Shown here piece after piece: positions 1 to 8,389 of a stretch of DNA of 24,643 bases. The DNA comes from Chthonomonadales bacterium (lineage in GTDB: Bacteria; Armatimonadota; Chthonomonadetes; Chthonomonadales; Chthonomonadaceae). A program made the position numbers and the translations under genes. The stretch covers positions 1 through 24,643 of the forward strand of contig JBBQPO010000058.1 of the NCBI GenBank assembly GCA_038217285.1, read 5' to 3'. The notes under the pieces are model-generated. The model worked only from the letters and a program-made list of their open reading frames with translations, was not told the origin of the DNA and made no database searches. How positions within the stretch are numbered: position 1 is the stretch's first letter; each line of letters starts with the position of its first letter.

Positions 1-80
1 ATCTGGTTGAGCGGTCTCTCTTCCTTGAGGGCTTCGAGGACGGCTTTCGCTTTGAAATCGGGTGAATGTCGTTTTCTCAT
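1..80 (-). CDS. IS3-family transposase OrfA, N-terminal fragment (truncated by window edge)
   Basis: Manual translation from ATG at 80: MRKRHSPDFKAKAVLEALKEERPLNQ, typical of the HTH_Tnp_1 N-terminus (RKRxSxxFKAKxVLEAL). Not in the ORF track because it is partial. Confidence 0.88.
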   Translation of the reverse strand, partial: MRKRHSPDFKAKAVLEALKEERPLNQ

Positions 81-141
81 GGTGTCTTGAGTCTAACTTA
101 TTTTTGCCCGTTTCCGTGTCTAGATTCCCCCGACCATTATA
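1..141 (-). mobile_element. IS3-family insertion sequence, left end (element continues beyond window start)
   Basis: Minus strand 141-116 reads TATAATGGTCGGGGGAATCTAGACAC, resembling IS3-family terminal inverted repeats (ending in TAGACAC). It is followed by an OrfA-like start at 80. Confidence 0.8.
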
Positions 142-255
142 GTCGCGAGACGACATGCGGGAACGGGATATTGGCAACACCAAGCCCGGGAATGGCTAAA
201 AGAAGCCAATGATCTCTCTGTTCCCCACGAGAACAAAGCAACGATACGCGGGTGA
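142..255 (+). pseudogene. Probable C-terminal remnant of a gene interrupted by the IS3 element
   Basis: A frame is open from the IS boundary (142) to TGA at 253-255: [37 protein letters not shown]. It is followed by a stem-loop at 274-298. Confidence 0.4.
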
Positions 256-273
256 ACCGTTTGGCGTCTTGGA

Positions 274-298
274 CCTCTGTCGAATCTATCGACAGAGG
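274..298. terminator. Perfect 10-bp stem-loop (possible terminator or operator)
   Basis: CCTCTGTCGA-atcta-TCGACAGAGG. There is no U-tract, so function is uncertain. Confidence 0.4.
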
Positions 299-302
299 CC
301 AC

Positions 303-331
303 TTGGATTCTGAACGGGTTTGCGGTACAAT
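303..331 (+). promoter_or_regulatory. Putative sigma70 promoter for nuoB-nuoI
   Basis: TTGGAT (303-308), 17-bp spacer, TACAAT (326-331). Purine-rich RBS GGAGGGGGAG before ATG 411. Confidence 0.55.
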
Positions 332-410
332 GAGATTGTGAAAAAAGGAACTTAGTGGCCAGTGGAGGTCTGACCTGCGCTGTGCCCGTGCGATAGAAGG
401 AGGGGGAGCG

Positions 411-983
411 ATGCCCCGAACCGTAACCGAGATTTCCCTGCACGATTCTGCGACCCCGACGCCCGCGTTTGGGCCGGGAGGCTCACCGTTTGTCCTCGCG
501 AAAATGGACGAAGTGGTGAACTGGGCGCGCCGCAACAGCCTCTGGCCGCTCACCTTCGGACTCGCCTGTTGCGCCATCGAGATGATGGCGTCGGCCTCCG
601 CACGCTTCGACCTGAGCCGGTTCGGAGCGGAGGTGTTTCGCGCCTCGCCCCGTCAGGCCGACGTGATGATCGTCGCCGGGCGCGTCTCCACGAAGATGGG
701 ACCGATCCTGCGCCAGATCTATGATCAGATGCCGAACCCGAAATGGGTCATCAGCATGGGGGCCTGCGCCTCCTCGGGCGGCGTCTACAACAACTACGCC
801 ATCATCCAGGGCGTCGATCAGATCATTCCGGTCGATGTCTATGTTCCCGGCTGCCCGCCCAGTCCGGACGCCTTGATCTACGGCATTATCAAACTGCAAG
901 AGAAGATCAAAGCCGGCAACTCCGGGAAGCTGATCGATCTGCAACCTATCAAACTGCGCGGCGACGAAAAGAGAAGGGGTTAA
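411..983 (+). CDS. nuoB: NADH-quinone oxidoreductase subunit B
   Basis: N2 cluster motifs [36 protein letters not shown]. Confidence 0.97.
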   Translation: MPRTVTEISLHDSATPTPAFGPGGSPFVLAKMDEVVNWARRNSLWPLTFGLACCAIEMMASASARFDLSRFGAEVFRASPRQADVMIVAGRVSTKMGPILRQIYDQMPNPKWVISMGACASSGGVYNNYAIIQGVDQIIPVDVYVPGCPPSPDALIYGIIKLQEKIKAGNSGKLIDLQPIKLRGDEKRRG

Positions 984-988
984 GCGCT

Positions 989-1561
989 GTGGGCTTCCTG
1001 AACAACCTGAACGCGAAGATCCATCAGACGACGCTGGCCGTGACGGAACCGATTGCGGGCGCGAAAGCCCTGGCGACCGGCTTCAGCATCACGATGCGCC
1101 ACTACCTGGAACAGCAGCTCAAGATCAAGCCGACGGAGACGATCCAGTACCCGGAGGAGCGGCGCGAACAGTATCCCCGGTCCCGCTGGCGGCATGTCCT
1201 GACGCGCTACGACGACGGCCTGGAGAAGTGCATCGGATGCAGCCTCTGCGCCGGGGCCTGCCCCGCCCGCTGCATCTATGTGCAGGCGGACGAGAACACG
1301 GACACGGAGCGCTACTCACCGGGTGAACGCTACGCAGTGAAGTACGAGATCAATATGATCCGCTGCATCTTCTGCGGCTACTGCCAGGACGCCTGCCCAA
1401 CCGGCGCCATCGTGCTGCGCAAGGATTTCGAACTGGCGGACTATACACGGGAAGATTTTCTCTATACCAAAGAGATGCTGCTCGAACCCGCGCCGATGGC
1501 CGACCTGATTCCGCTGACCGCGATAGGAACGGTGCAGCATATCGCGGAGTCGGTCGAATAG
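989..1561 (+). CDS. nuoI: NADH-quinone oxidoreductase subunit I
   Basis: Two 4Fe-4S motifs (CIGCSLCAGACP, CIFCGYCQDACP) plus TIQYPEE and YEINMIRC. Start moved from 743 to the in-frame GTG at 989, which has GAGAAGGGG upstream and avoids overlap with nuoB. Confidence 0.96.
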   Translation: MGFLNNLNAKIHQTTLAVTEPIAGAKALATGFSITMRHYLEQQLKIKPTETIQYPEERREQYPRSRWRHVLTRYDDGLEKCIGCSLCAGACPARCIYVQADENTDTERYSPGERYAVKYEINMIRCIFCGYCQDACPTGAIVLRKDFELADYTREDFLYTKEMLLEPAPMADLIPLTAIGTVQHIAESVE

Positions 1562-1589
1562 CGCTGCGCAGAAGGCCGTGCCGCTCGTG

Positions 1590-3665
1590 ATGCCCATTCC
1601 CTCAAAAGCCAAAAAGACCGCGCGCAAGCCCACCAAGCGCGTCCCAAAGTGCCCTGCCACCGACACGCTGGAAGATTTTTTCGGGCCGGAGGGGCCGCTC
1701 GCGGGCGTGCTGCCGGACTATGAAAAGCGCGAGGAGCAGGTGCAGGTGGCCCTGGCGATCGAAGCGGCGATGCAAGCAGGCAAGCCCTGTCTGGCGGAAG
1801 CCGGGACCGGCGTCGGGAAGACGCTGGCCTACCTGATCCCGGCGATCCGGGCCGCCCTTGGTGGCAAGCGCACCATCATCAGCACCCATACCATCAGCCT
1901 TCAGAGCCAGTTGATCGAAAAGGACATTCCTCTCGTCCTCAGCCTCTTCCCGGAAGCCGAAGCCCGCGTCACCTATACCCTGATGAAAGGCCGGAGCAAC
2001 TTCCTCTGCCGCCAGAGCCTCGACAACGCGCGTGGCGATCTGTTTCTGATGGCCGATCCCTATTTCCGTCGGCTTCAAAAATGGGCCGGGGCGAACGACT
2101 GCAGCGGCGATGTGGCCGACCTGCCGTTCACGTTCTCCGCCTGGAGTGAAGTCACCTCGACCCCCGAAACTTGCCGTGCGCAGGAGTGCATGCACTATAA
2201 CAACTGCCACTACTACCGTCGCCGCTGGGAGGCCGCCGAGAGCAACCTGATCGTCGTCAATCACGCGCTCTTCTTCGCGGACCTTGCCCTGCGCCTCGCC
2301 GATCCCCAGTCCGGTATCTTGCCGGAGTACGATCACGTCGTCTTCGACGAAGCCCATCATCTGGAAGATGTCGCCACCAAGACCTTCGGCATCGAGTTCG
2401 GCTCTCGGCGACTCGGCAACCTCATGGATCGCGTCAAGCATGTGCGGGGCTTCGATATCGACAAAACCCGCTTGCAGACCGTCGAAGAGATGAACAACAC
2501 CCTGTTCGCGCCCTTCTTCCAGTCCGGCAAAAGCGAGTTTTTCTTCGAGGACGCTCTGCAGGAGGACGGGCGGAATCAGGCGGAAGAGTGGACAGGGAAG
2601 ACCTGCAACGCCCTCTCTACCCTGCAGAACGACATCCTCAGCAGCGCGAAGGACGATGAGAACCTGCGGGATCAACTGGAGGGAATGGCGCGGCTCTGCG
2701 GCAGAGCCCGCGAAGAGCTGCACCGGCTTTTCTTCGAGAAGGACGAAAACGCCATTCGGTGGGGACAACTCAGTCTAGGTGGGGGGCGCAGCAAGCCCGA
2801 ACCCCGCGCGACGCTCTATCTGACTCCCGTCTCCGTGGCGAAAGTGCTGCAAAACGCGCTCTGGAACCGAATGGAGGCCCGCAAGGGCAGCGTCATCATG
2901 GTATCCGCCACGCTGGCCACCTCCGGAACATTCGCCTACCAGCGCGCCCGTCTCGGCATTCCGGCGGATGCCATCGAGTGCATTGTCGGCAGCCCGTTTC
3001 AGTTCAAGACGCAGGCGCTGCTCTATGTTCCCGCGCACCTGCCCGCTCCGGCGCCACTCAGTGTGCCCGCCTATCTGGCGCAGGTCGTCGCCGAGATCGA
3101 ACGCCTCCTGAAGCTCACCGAGGGACGGGCTTTTTTGCTTTTCACGTCCCGCGCCATGCTCAACGCCGTCTACGATCAGCTCCACGGCAAGCTGCCGTTT
3201 CCCTTTTTCAAGCAGGGCGATCTGCCTCCCGGCAAACTGATCGAAGCGTTCAAGGAGAGCGGCAACGGCTGCCTCTTCGGGGTCCAGACCTTCTGGGAAG
3301 GGGTCGATGTGCAGGGGGAGGCGCTCTCCTGCGTCATTATCGACCGCCTGCCTTTTGCAGTTCCCGATTCGCCTATCACCAAAGCGCGGTTCAAAGCCAT
3401 CGAGGAGGCCGGCGGCAACTCGTTTCGTGACTACTCGATTCCCCAGGCGCAGATACGGCTCAAGCAGGGTTTTGGACGGCTCATTCGGACACATGCCGAT
3501 AGGGGAATCGTCTGTATTCTCGATACCCGCCTACTCCATCGGGAGTACGGGGCCGACTTCGTGCGTTCGCTTCCCCCTGCCGCCCGCGCCAGCAAATGGG
3601 CGCGCGTCGAACGCTTCTGGCACGGAGAAGAGGCGGAAGGGGGAAGCGAAGCGAGCGGGAAATAG
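1590..3665 (+). CDS. ATP-dependent DNA helicase, DinG/YoaA (XPD-like) family with Fe-S domain
   Basis: Q motif (REEQ), Walker A EAGTGVGKT, KGRSNFLC with Cys cluster TC..QEC..YNNC, DEAH box, SATL, FWEGVD, QGFGRLIR. Start could be 1578, 1587 or 1590. Confidence 0.93.
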   Translation: MPIPSKAKKTARKPTKRVPKCPATDTLEDFFGPEGPLAGVLPDYEKREEQVQVALAIEAAMQAGKPCLAEAGTGVGKTLAYLIPAIRAALGGKRTIISTHTISLQSQLIEKDIPLVLSLFPEAEARVTYTLMKGRSNFLCRQSLDNARGDLFLMADPYFRRLQKWAGANDCSGDVADLPFTFSAWSEVTSTPETCRAQECMHYNNCHYYRRRWEAAESNLIVVNHALFFADLALRLADPQSGILPEYDHVVFDEAHHLEDVATKTFGIEFGSRRLGNLMDRVKHVRGFDIDKTRLQTVEEMNNTLFAPFFQSGKSEFFFEDALQEDGRNQAEEWTGKTCNALSTLQNDILSSAKDDENLRDQLEGMARLCGRAREELHRLFFEKDENAIRWGQLSLGGGRSKPEPRATLYLTPVSVAKVLQNALWNRMEARKGSVIMVSATLATSGTFAYQRARLGIPADAIECIVGSPFQFKTQALLYVPAHLPAPAPLSVPAYLAQVVAEIERLLKLTEGRAFLLFTSRAMLNAVYDQLHGKLPFPFFKQGDLPPGKLIEAFKESGNGCLFGVQTFWEGVDVQGEALSCVIIDRLPFAVPDSPITKARFKAIEEAGGNSFRDYSIPQAQIRLKQGFGRLIRTHADRGIVCILDTRLLHREYGADFVRSLPPAARASKWARVERFWHGEEAEGGSEASGK

Positions 3666-3713
3666 AGCAGAGCGTGGGGAGGTTGTGGGGAGGGCCGGGG
3701 GGAGGTTGTCGAT

Positions 3714-4154
3714 TCAGGCGTTCCAGAGGTTCAATCTCTGGGCCTTGGCGATCAATTCCTGGAGGGAGGGACACAGATACGAGTGCCCGTCCAGGGTTCT
3801 GCGGATCGCAGTGACAAGGTTTTCCGAGCTGGCATCCTTCAGGACATAGCCGTAGGCTCCGTTGCGCAGGGCTTCCAGCACGTAAGCCTCGTGGGAGTGC
3901 ATCGAGAGCACGACGATGCGAACCTCCGGATTCCCCTCACGCACCCGTCGCGCCACTTCCAGCCCGTTCAGATCCGGCATCATCAGATCCAGTATGAGCA
4001 TGTCGGGATGCAGACTCGCGACCGCCGGCGCTACCGCGTGGCCCCGTTCGACCTCGCCAATGATCTCCATATCCGCTTCGGCTTCCAGCAGCGCGCGGAC
4101 ACCCATCCGTACGACCCTATGGTCGTCTGCCAGCAGCACTTTGATGTTACCCAT
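3714..4154 (-). CDS. Receiver-only NarL-family response regulator (no HTH domain)
   Basis: ADDH, LDLMMP, LSMH and GYVLK are conserved. The protein ends after the linker, and no LuxR HTH is visible in the short downstream space. Confidence 0.88.
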   Translation of the reverse strand: MGNIKVLLADDHRVVRMGVRALLEAEADMEIIGEVERGHAVAPAVASLHPDMLILDLMMPDLNGLEVARRVREGNPEVRIVVLSMHSHEAYVLEALRNGAYGYVLKDASSENLVTAIRRTLDGHSYLCPSLQELIAKAQRLNLWNA

Positions 4155-4192
4155 TCTTTCACGTCCTCTCAGGACATTCCAACTGCCAGTCT

Positions 4193-4264
4193 ATCATAGC
4201 CTGAGCGCAAAAAAAGTACATCCGGGAAACTACGTAGTTTGCGGTTGGAAATCCCGTAGTTTGC
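4193..4264 (-). promoter_or_regulatory. Putative promoter (-10 TATGAT) with tandem operator repeats upstream of the receiver-only gene
   Basis: GGAAACTACGTAGTTTGC (4225-4242) and GGAAATCCCGTAGTTTGC (4247-4264) repeat with a 22-bp period. The first contains the palindrome AAACTACGTAGTTT. TATGAT lies on the minus strand at 4198-4193. Confidence 0.55.
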
Positions 4265-4288
4265 CTCAAACGAGGAGAGGCGGCGCGG

Positions 4289-4945
4289 CTAATTTTCGAA
4301 CGACAACAGCCCTTTGCGAATCGCATATTTGACCAGACTGGTCTGGTTTGTCAGTTGGAGCTTTTCCATGATGCGCGCGCGATGGACTTCGGCAGTGCGT
4401 GGGCTGATCGAGAGGCGATCTGCAATGGCGGTGTTGGTGTGACCTTCGGCAGCCAGTTGCAGCACTTCACGTTCGCGACCGGTAAGCGAGTCGTACGGAT
4501 CGACGGCGACGTTCTGCGCTTTTTGCATAAACGCCTCCATCGCCATTTCCGACAGGGGTGAGCAGAGGTACCGTCTGCCTTCCATTGTGGTGCGAATCGC
4601 GGTGACAAGTGTCTCTGTACTCGACTCTTTCAGCACGTAGCCAACGGCGCCGTTACGCAGCGCTTCGAGCACGTAGGCTTCGTTCGCATGCATGGAGAGA
4701 ACGATGATGCGGACATTCGGCGAACGTTGACTGACCTGCCGTGTCACCTCGAGTCCGTTGAGGCCCGGCATCATAAGATCGAGCACCAGCACATCCGGGT
4801 TGAGCTTGGTCACCATATCGGCCACCGTCAGGCCCTCGGACACCTCGCCTACCACGTCCATATCCGGTTCCGATTCCAGTAGAGCCCGCAAACCCTGTCG
4901 TACGATCTGATGGTCGTCCGCCAGTATTACCTTAGTACGATGCAA
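4289..4945 (-). CDS. NarL/FixJ-family DNA-binding response regulator (REC + LuxR HTH)
   Basis: REC motifs plus LTGREREVLQLAAEGHTNTAIADRLSISPRTAEVHRARIMEKL. TTG start with GGAGGGAGG RBS. Confidence 0.96.
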   Translation of the reverse strand: MHRTKVILADDHQIVRQGLRALLESEPDMDVVGEVSEGLTVADMVTKLNPDVLVLDLMMPGLNGLEVTRQVSQRSPNVRIIVLSMHANEAYVLEALRNGAVGYVLKESSTETLVTAIRTTMEGRRYLCSPLSEMAMEAFMQKAQNVAVDPYDSLTGREREVLQLAAEGHTNTAIADRLSISPRTAEVHRARIMEKLQLTNQTSLVKYAIRKGLLSFEN

Positions 4946-4998
4946 AGTAGACCTCCCTCCACCCCGACCTGTGGATACTTCCTAACAACTTATTCCTG

Positions 4999-7900
4999 TC
5001 AGAGCGGAAGTTCCGCCATGAGACGGGTTCCTGCTCCGGGAGAGGACTGTATGCCGAACGTACCTCCTAACAGCAACGCACGCTCACGCATGCCAGCCAG
5101 GCCGTTACTGCGTCCGGCAGCCAGAATCTCCTCTGGCTCGAAGCCCTTGCCCTGATCTACGATGCTCAGGTGCAGTTTATCGCGGACGACCCGCAGCCGC
5201 ACGCGGGCGACCTTGGTGTCGGCGTACCGGGCCACATTCGTCAATGCCTCCTGAACAATACGATAGGCGGCTGTTTCGGAGGCACGATTGAAGCGTCGAT
5301 CCCGCAGGCCCTCCTCCTCGAACTCCACGCAGACACCGGTCTGTGTGGTGTAGCGATCCAGATGCCACTGCAGCGCCGGCAAAAGGCCGAGATCGTCGAG
5401 CATGCCGGGTCGCAGGTCGAGCGACATGGCGCGTACCTGCCCCATCAGCTCCGTCGTCAGCTCCATGGCGAGCTTCAGGTTACGCTGTTTCCCCTCTTCT
5501 GCCAGACGGGGAATCGCGCCTAAAGTGAGTTTCAGGCCTGTCAGATTCTGTCCGATCTCGTCGTGGAGTTCGCGCGCGATATGGGTGCGTTCCGCTTCCT
5601 GCACCTCGACGAGGCGACGAGAGAGCGCCTGCAGCTCCTGGTTGCGTTTCGCCATCGCTTCGCGTACCGCTTGGTCGCGCAGATTGCGTAGGCTCTCCTC
5701 TTCGCTGCGTTTGCGCTCGGTGATGTCGCGGGCGATGGTGGAGAAATATTGCGGCTCTCCGTCGGCATTACGATGCACCTGGATCATCTGCAGCATCGGT
5801 ATTTTGCGTCCGTCCGCCGCCTGAATGACGGTTTCGCCCATCCAGATGCCGTCGCGCTGCGCCATCGGCATGCCCACGTTCAGGATAAGGTTCGCCGCCG
5901 ACTGCGTGTATCTATTGCGAATATCGTGTGTTTTGACCTCCGCCTCGGTCAGATTCAGGATGTCCCGTCCCGTGCGGTTCAGATAGAGCAGACTTCCCTT
6001 TGTGTCCGAGACGGCCACATAATCGGGAGTGGCCTCGAGGATCTCGAGGAGGCGTGTCCGCTCCTGCTCAGCCTCTTTGTGTGCGGTAATGTCCTGCACT
6101 GTGCCCCACATGGCGTTGACATGTCCGTCCGCGTCAACGTGGCACTCTCCACATCCCTGAAGGAGGCGCGAAGAACCGTCCGGCAGCAGAACGCTAAATT
6201 CGAAGTCGTAAGGCTGCCCACTCTCCATCGAGGCACTTACGACCTTTGTCCAGCGCTCGCGGTCGTCCGGAATTATCCGCTCGAGGAGTTCCTCAAAGGT
6301 CGGTGCCGGACTGTCTGGCGACATTCCATACAGGCGGTAGGTCTCATCGGACCATTTGATTTGACCCCCGATAGGATCGAACTCCCAACTGCCGATACGA
6401 GCCATCTTTTGTGCCGCGTTCAGACGCACTTCACTGAGTTGAACCGCTTCCAGTGCCTGTTTCTGCTCCTGAACATCGATGCAGGAGCCGATATAGCCCA
6501 GAAACGCGCCATCGTGCGCAAAGCGGGGCGAACCGGTTTCCAAAACCCAACCATACGCCCCATCGGCGCGGCCCAGGCGGTACTCAATGCGGTATTCGGA
6601 GCGATCACTCCACGCCAATCCGACAACCTCTCGGCAGCGTATCAGATCCTCCGAATGCAGACCCTCCGCCCATCCATACCCCAACTCCTGCTCCAGCGTT
6701 CGGCCCGTATAACGGAGCCACTGGCGGTTGAAGTAGAAAGTCTTTCCGGTAGCATCCGCCATCCAGATAAGGACGGGAGCGCTGTCTGCCAGGACACGGA
6801 AACGCTCTTCGCTTTCGCGCAACTCCTCCTCCGTGCGAATACGCTCGGTGATATCCTGCAAGATACCCAAACTGCCAAGCACGACTCCGGCCTCATCACG
6901 CCGGGTAATGGAAGCGTCGCTGACCCAGCGCGTCTCGCCCGCCGGGGTGACATACTGATAGTCGGCCGTCCAGTAGTCCAGTTCCCCCGCCTGGAAACGC
7001 CGGTTAGCGTCGAAGAGATCGTGGCCTTCGAGGCTGCCACGCATCCTGACCTGTTGATTGATGCGCTCCCAGAGAGCGGGAGTCACCTCTGCCACTGGAT
7101 AGCCCATGATTCGTTCTATCTGCGGGTCGATATAGGTGTAGGCATTGGACGCAGACTCGAACTCGTAAACAGCGCCTTCCGCACCCGCGATCGCCTTACG
7201 ATAGCGTTCTTCACTCTCCTTAAGAGCCGCCTCGGTATTCTTGCGGTCCGAGATGTCCCTGGCAATGGTGGAGATATACTGCTCGCCCATCGGGGAGCGG
7301 TGTGCGATCAACACCTGTGAGAGAGGAATTGACCGCCCGTCCGGGTGATTCAGAGCCGTTTCCCCACTCCAATGCCCTGTTTTTAGCGCAGTCGGAACGC
7401 CCTCATCCAGCAGAAGCCGGACGGCCCAGTCGGGATGATAATCGGTAATGTGGCGTTTGCCGCTATTTCTACCGGAGTTGTAGAGCGAGCGCAGCGCCAT
7501 GTTAGAATAAGTGATGTTACCTTCGACATCCGCTGTGCAGACAAAATCCGAAGTCTCTTCGAGGATGGTGACCAGGCGATCCTGCGCATTTTCAGCCTCC
7601 TCTTGCAGTTGCTGAAGCAGCAGGTTTTCGCGATGAAAACTTTCGAGTTGGGCGCTCCGCTGTTCCGCTTCCCGCATTTTTAACCGCAACTCGATCTCCG
7701 TCACGACGGCAGCGGCCAGGTCGGTCATCGTCTCGATCTCCTCGGGCATCCACTCGCGGGCATGTCCATCGATGACGCAGAACGTCCCGAAGACGTGCCC
7801 ATCGGAGGTGATGATGGGGATACCACAATAGGAAACGACTCCGAGGTCACGTATGGCGAGATTAGTGCCGACGAGCGGGTGGTTCGGTGCGTTTGCGACG

Positions 7901-8175
7901 ATGAGAGGTTTGCGCGACTGGACGACATGCTTGCAGAAGGAGTGAGATAGCGGCGATTCGCGCTGCGAAGCCCAGGGATCGGGCAGGCCGATGGCGCTCT
8001 TGAAAAATTGCCGTTGGGACGTTACGAGGGAGACAAGCGAAACCGGGGCCTTCAACAGACGGCTGGCGAGTCGAGTCAGTCGGTCGAAGGCCTCCTCCGC
8101 TTTACTATCGAGTAGACCGGACTTTTCCAGAGCTGCTAATCGCTCTACATCGTAGACGGGATCAAGCTTTTCCAT
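4999..8175 (-). CDS. Cytoplasmic sensor histidine kinase: GAF + five PAS/PAC + HisKA_3 + HATPase
   Basis: N-terminal GAF (ERLAAL..GLLD..EEAFDRLTRLA); PAC ends DISDRK, DITERI, DVQEQK, DITAHK, DITERK; H-box IARELHDEIGQ; EALTNVARYA, DQGKGF, GLAGMRER. No transmembrane helix. Confidence 0.95.
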   Translation of the reverse strand: MEKLDPVYDVERLAALEKSGLLDSKAEEAFDRLTRLASRLLKAPVSLVSLVTSQRQFFKSAIGLPDPWASQRESPLSHSFCKHVVQSRKPLIVANAPNHPLVGTNLAIRDLGVVSYCGIPIITSDGHVFGTFCVIDGHAREWMPEEIETMTDLAAAVVTEIELRLKMREAEQRSAQLESFHRENLLLQQLQEEAENAQDRLVTILEETSDFVCTADVEGNITYSNMALRSLYNSGRNSGKRHITDYHPDWAVRLLLDEGVPTALKTGHWSGETALNHPDGRSIPLSQVLIAHRSPMGEQYISTIARDISDRKNTEAALKESEERYRKAIAGAEGAVYEFESASNAYTYIDPQIERIMGYPVAEVTPALWERINQQVRMRGSLEGHDLFDANRRFQAGELDYWTADYQYVTPAGETRWVSDASITRRDEAGVVLGSLGILQDITERIRTEEELRESEERFRVLADSAPVLIWMADATGKTFYFNRQWLRYTGRTLEQELGYGWAEGLHSEDLIRCREVVGLAWSDRSEYRIEYRLGRADGAYGWVLETGSPRFAHDGAFLGYIGSCIDVQEQKQALEAVQLSEVRLNAAQKMARIGSWEFDPIGGQIKWSDETYRLYGMSPDSPAPTFEELLERIIPDDRERWTKVVSASMESGQPYDFEFSVLLPDGSSRLLQGCGECHVDADGHVNAMWGTVQDITAHKEAEQERTRLLEILEATPDYVAVSDTKGSLLYLNRTGRDILNLTEAEVKTHDIRNRYTQSAANLILNVGMPMAQRDGIWMGETVIQAADGRKIPMLQMIQVHRNADGEPQYFSTIARDITERKRSEEESLRNLRDQAVREAMAKRNQELQALSRRLVEVQEAERTHIARELHDEIGQNLTGLKLTLGAIPRLAEEGKQRNLKLAMELTTELMGQVRAMSLDLRPGMLDDLGLLPALQWHLDRYTTQTGVCVEFEEEGLRDRRFNRASETAAYRIVQEALTNVARYADTKVARVRLRVVRDKLHLSIVDQGKGFEPEEILAAGRSNGLAGMRERALLLGGTFGIQSSPGAGTRLMAELPL

Positions 8176-8389
8176 ATCTCATATCATACCTTTTCCCCAC
8201 CCGGATTTGTACGCAGGGAGACGACGATTTATCGGCTTCGTTCTAGCGGAGGCGGGCCGAAAAATAGTTTGATGGTAACACAATTGAAAATGAACTCTTG
8301 CTTCTCAACGGCGTCTGTGTTTGTAGTCAATACCTGTCGTCTTTGTGGGATCCGTTCTCATCTATCCGGTCGAAGGGGATAATTCTAAC

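Noticed and set aside
336-353. Possible Rex operator (TTGTGAA...) downstream of the nuoB promoter
   Set aside because: Only one half-site matches; the second half reads GGAACTT instead of TTCACAA.
743-988. 82-aa N-terminal extension of NuoI in the ORF track
   Set aside because: It overlaps nuoB in another frame and has no NuoI-like content; GTG 989 has a good RBS.
5749-7320. 523-aa + strand ORF
   Set aside because: Antisense shadow of the histidine kinase with no recognisable motifs.
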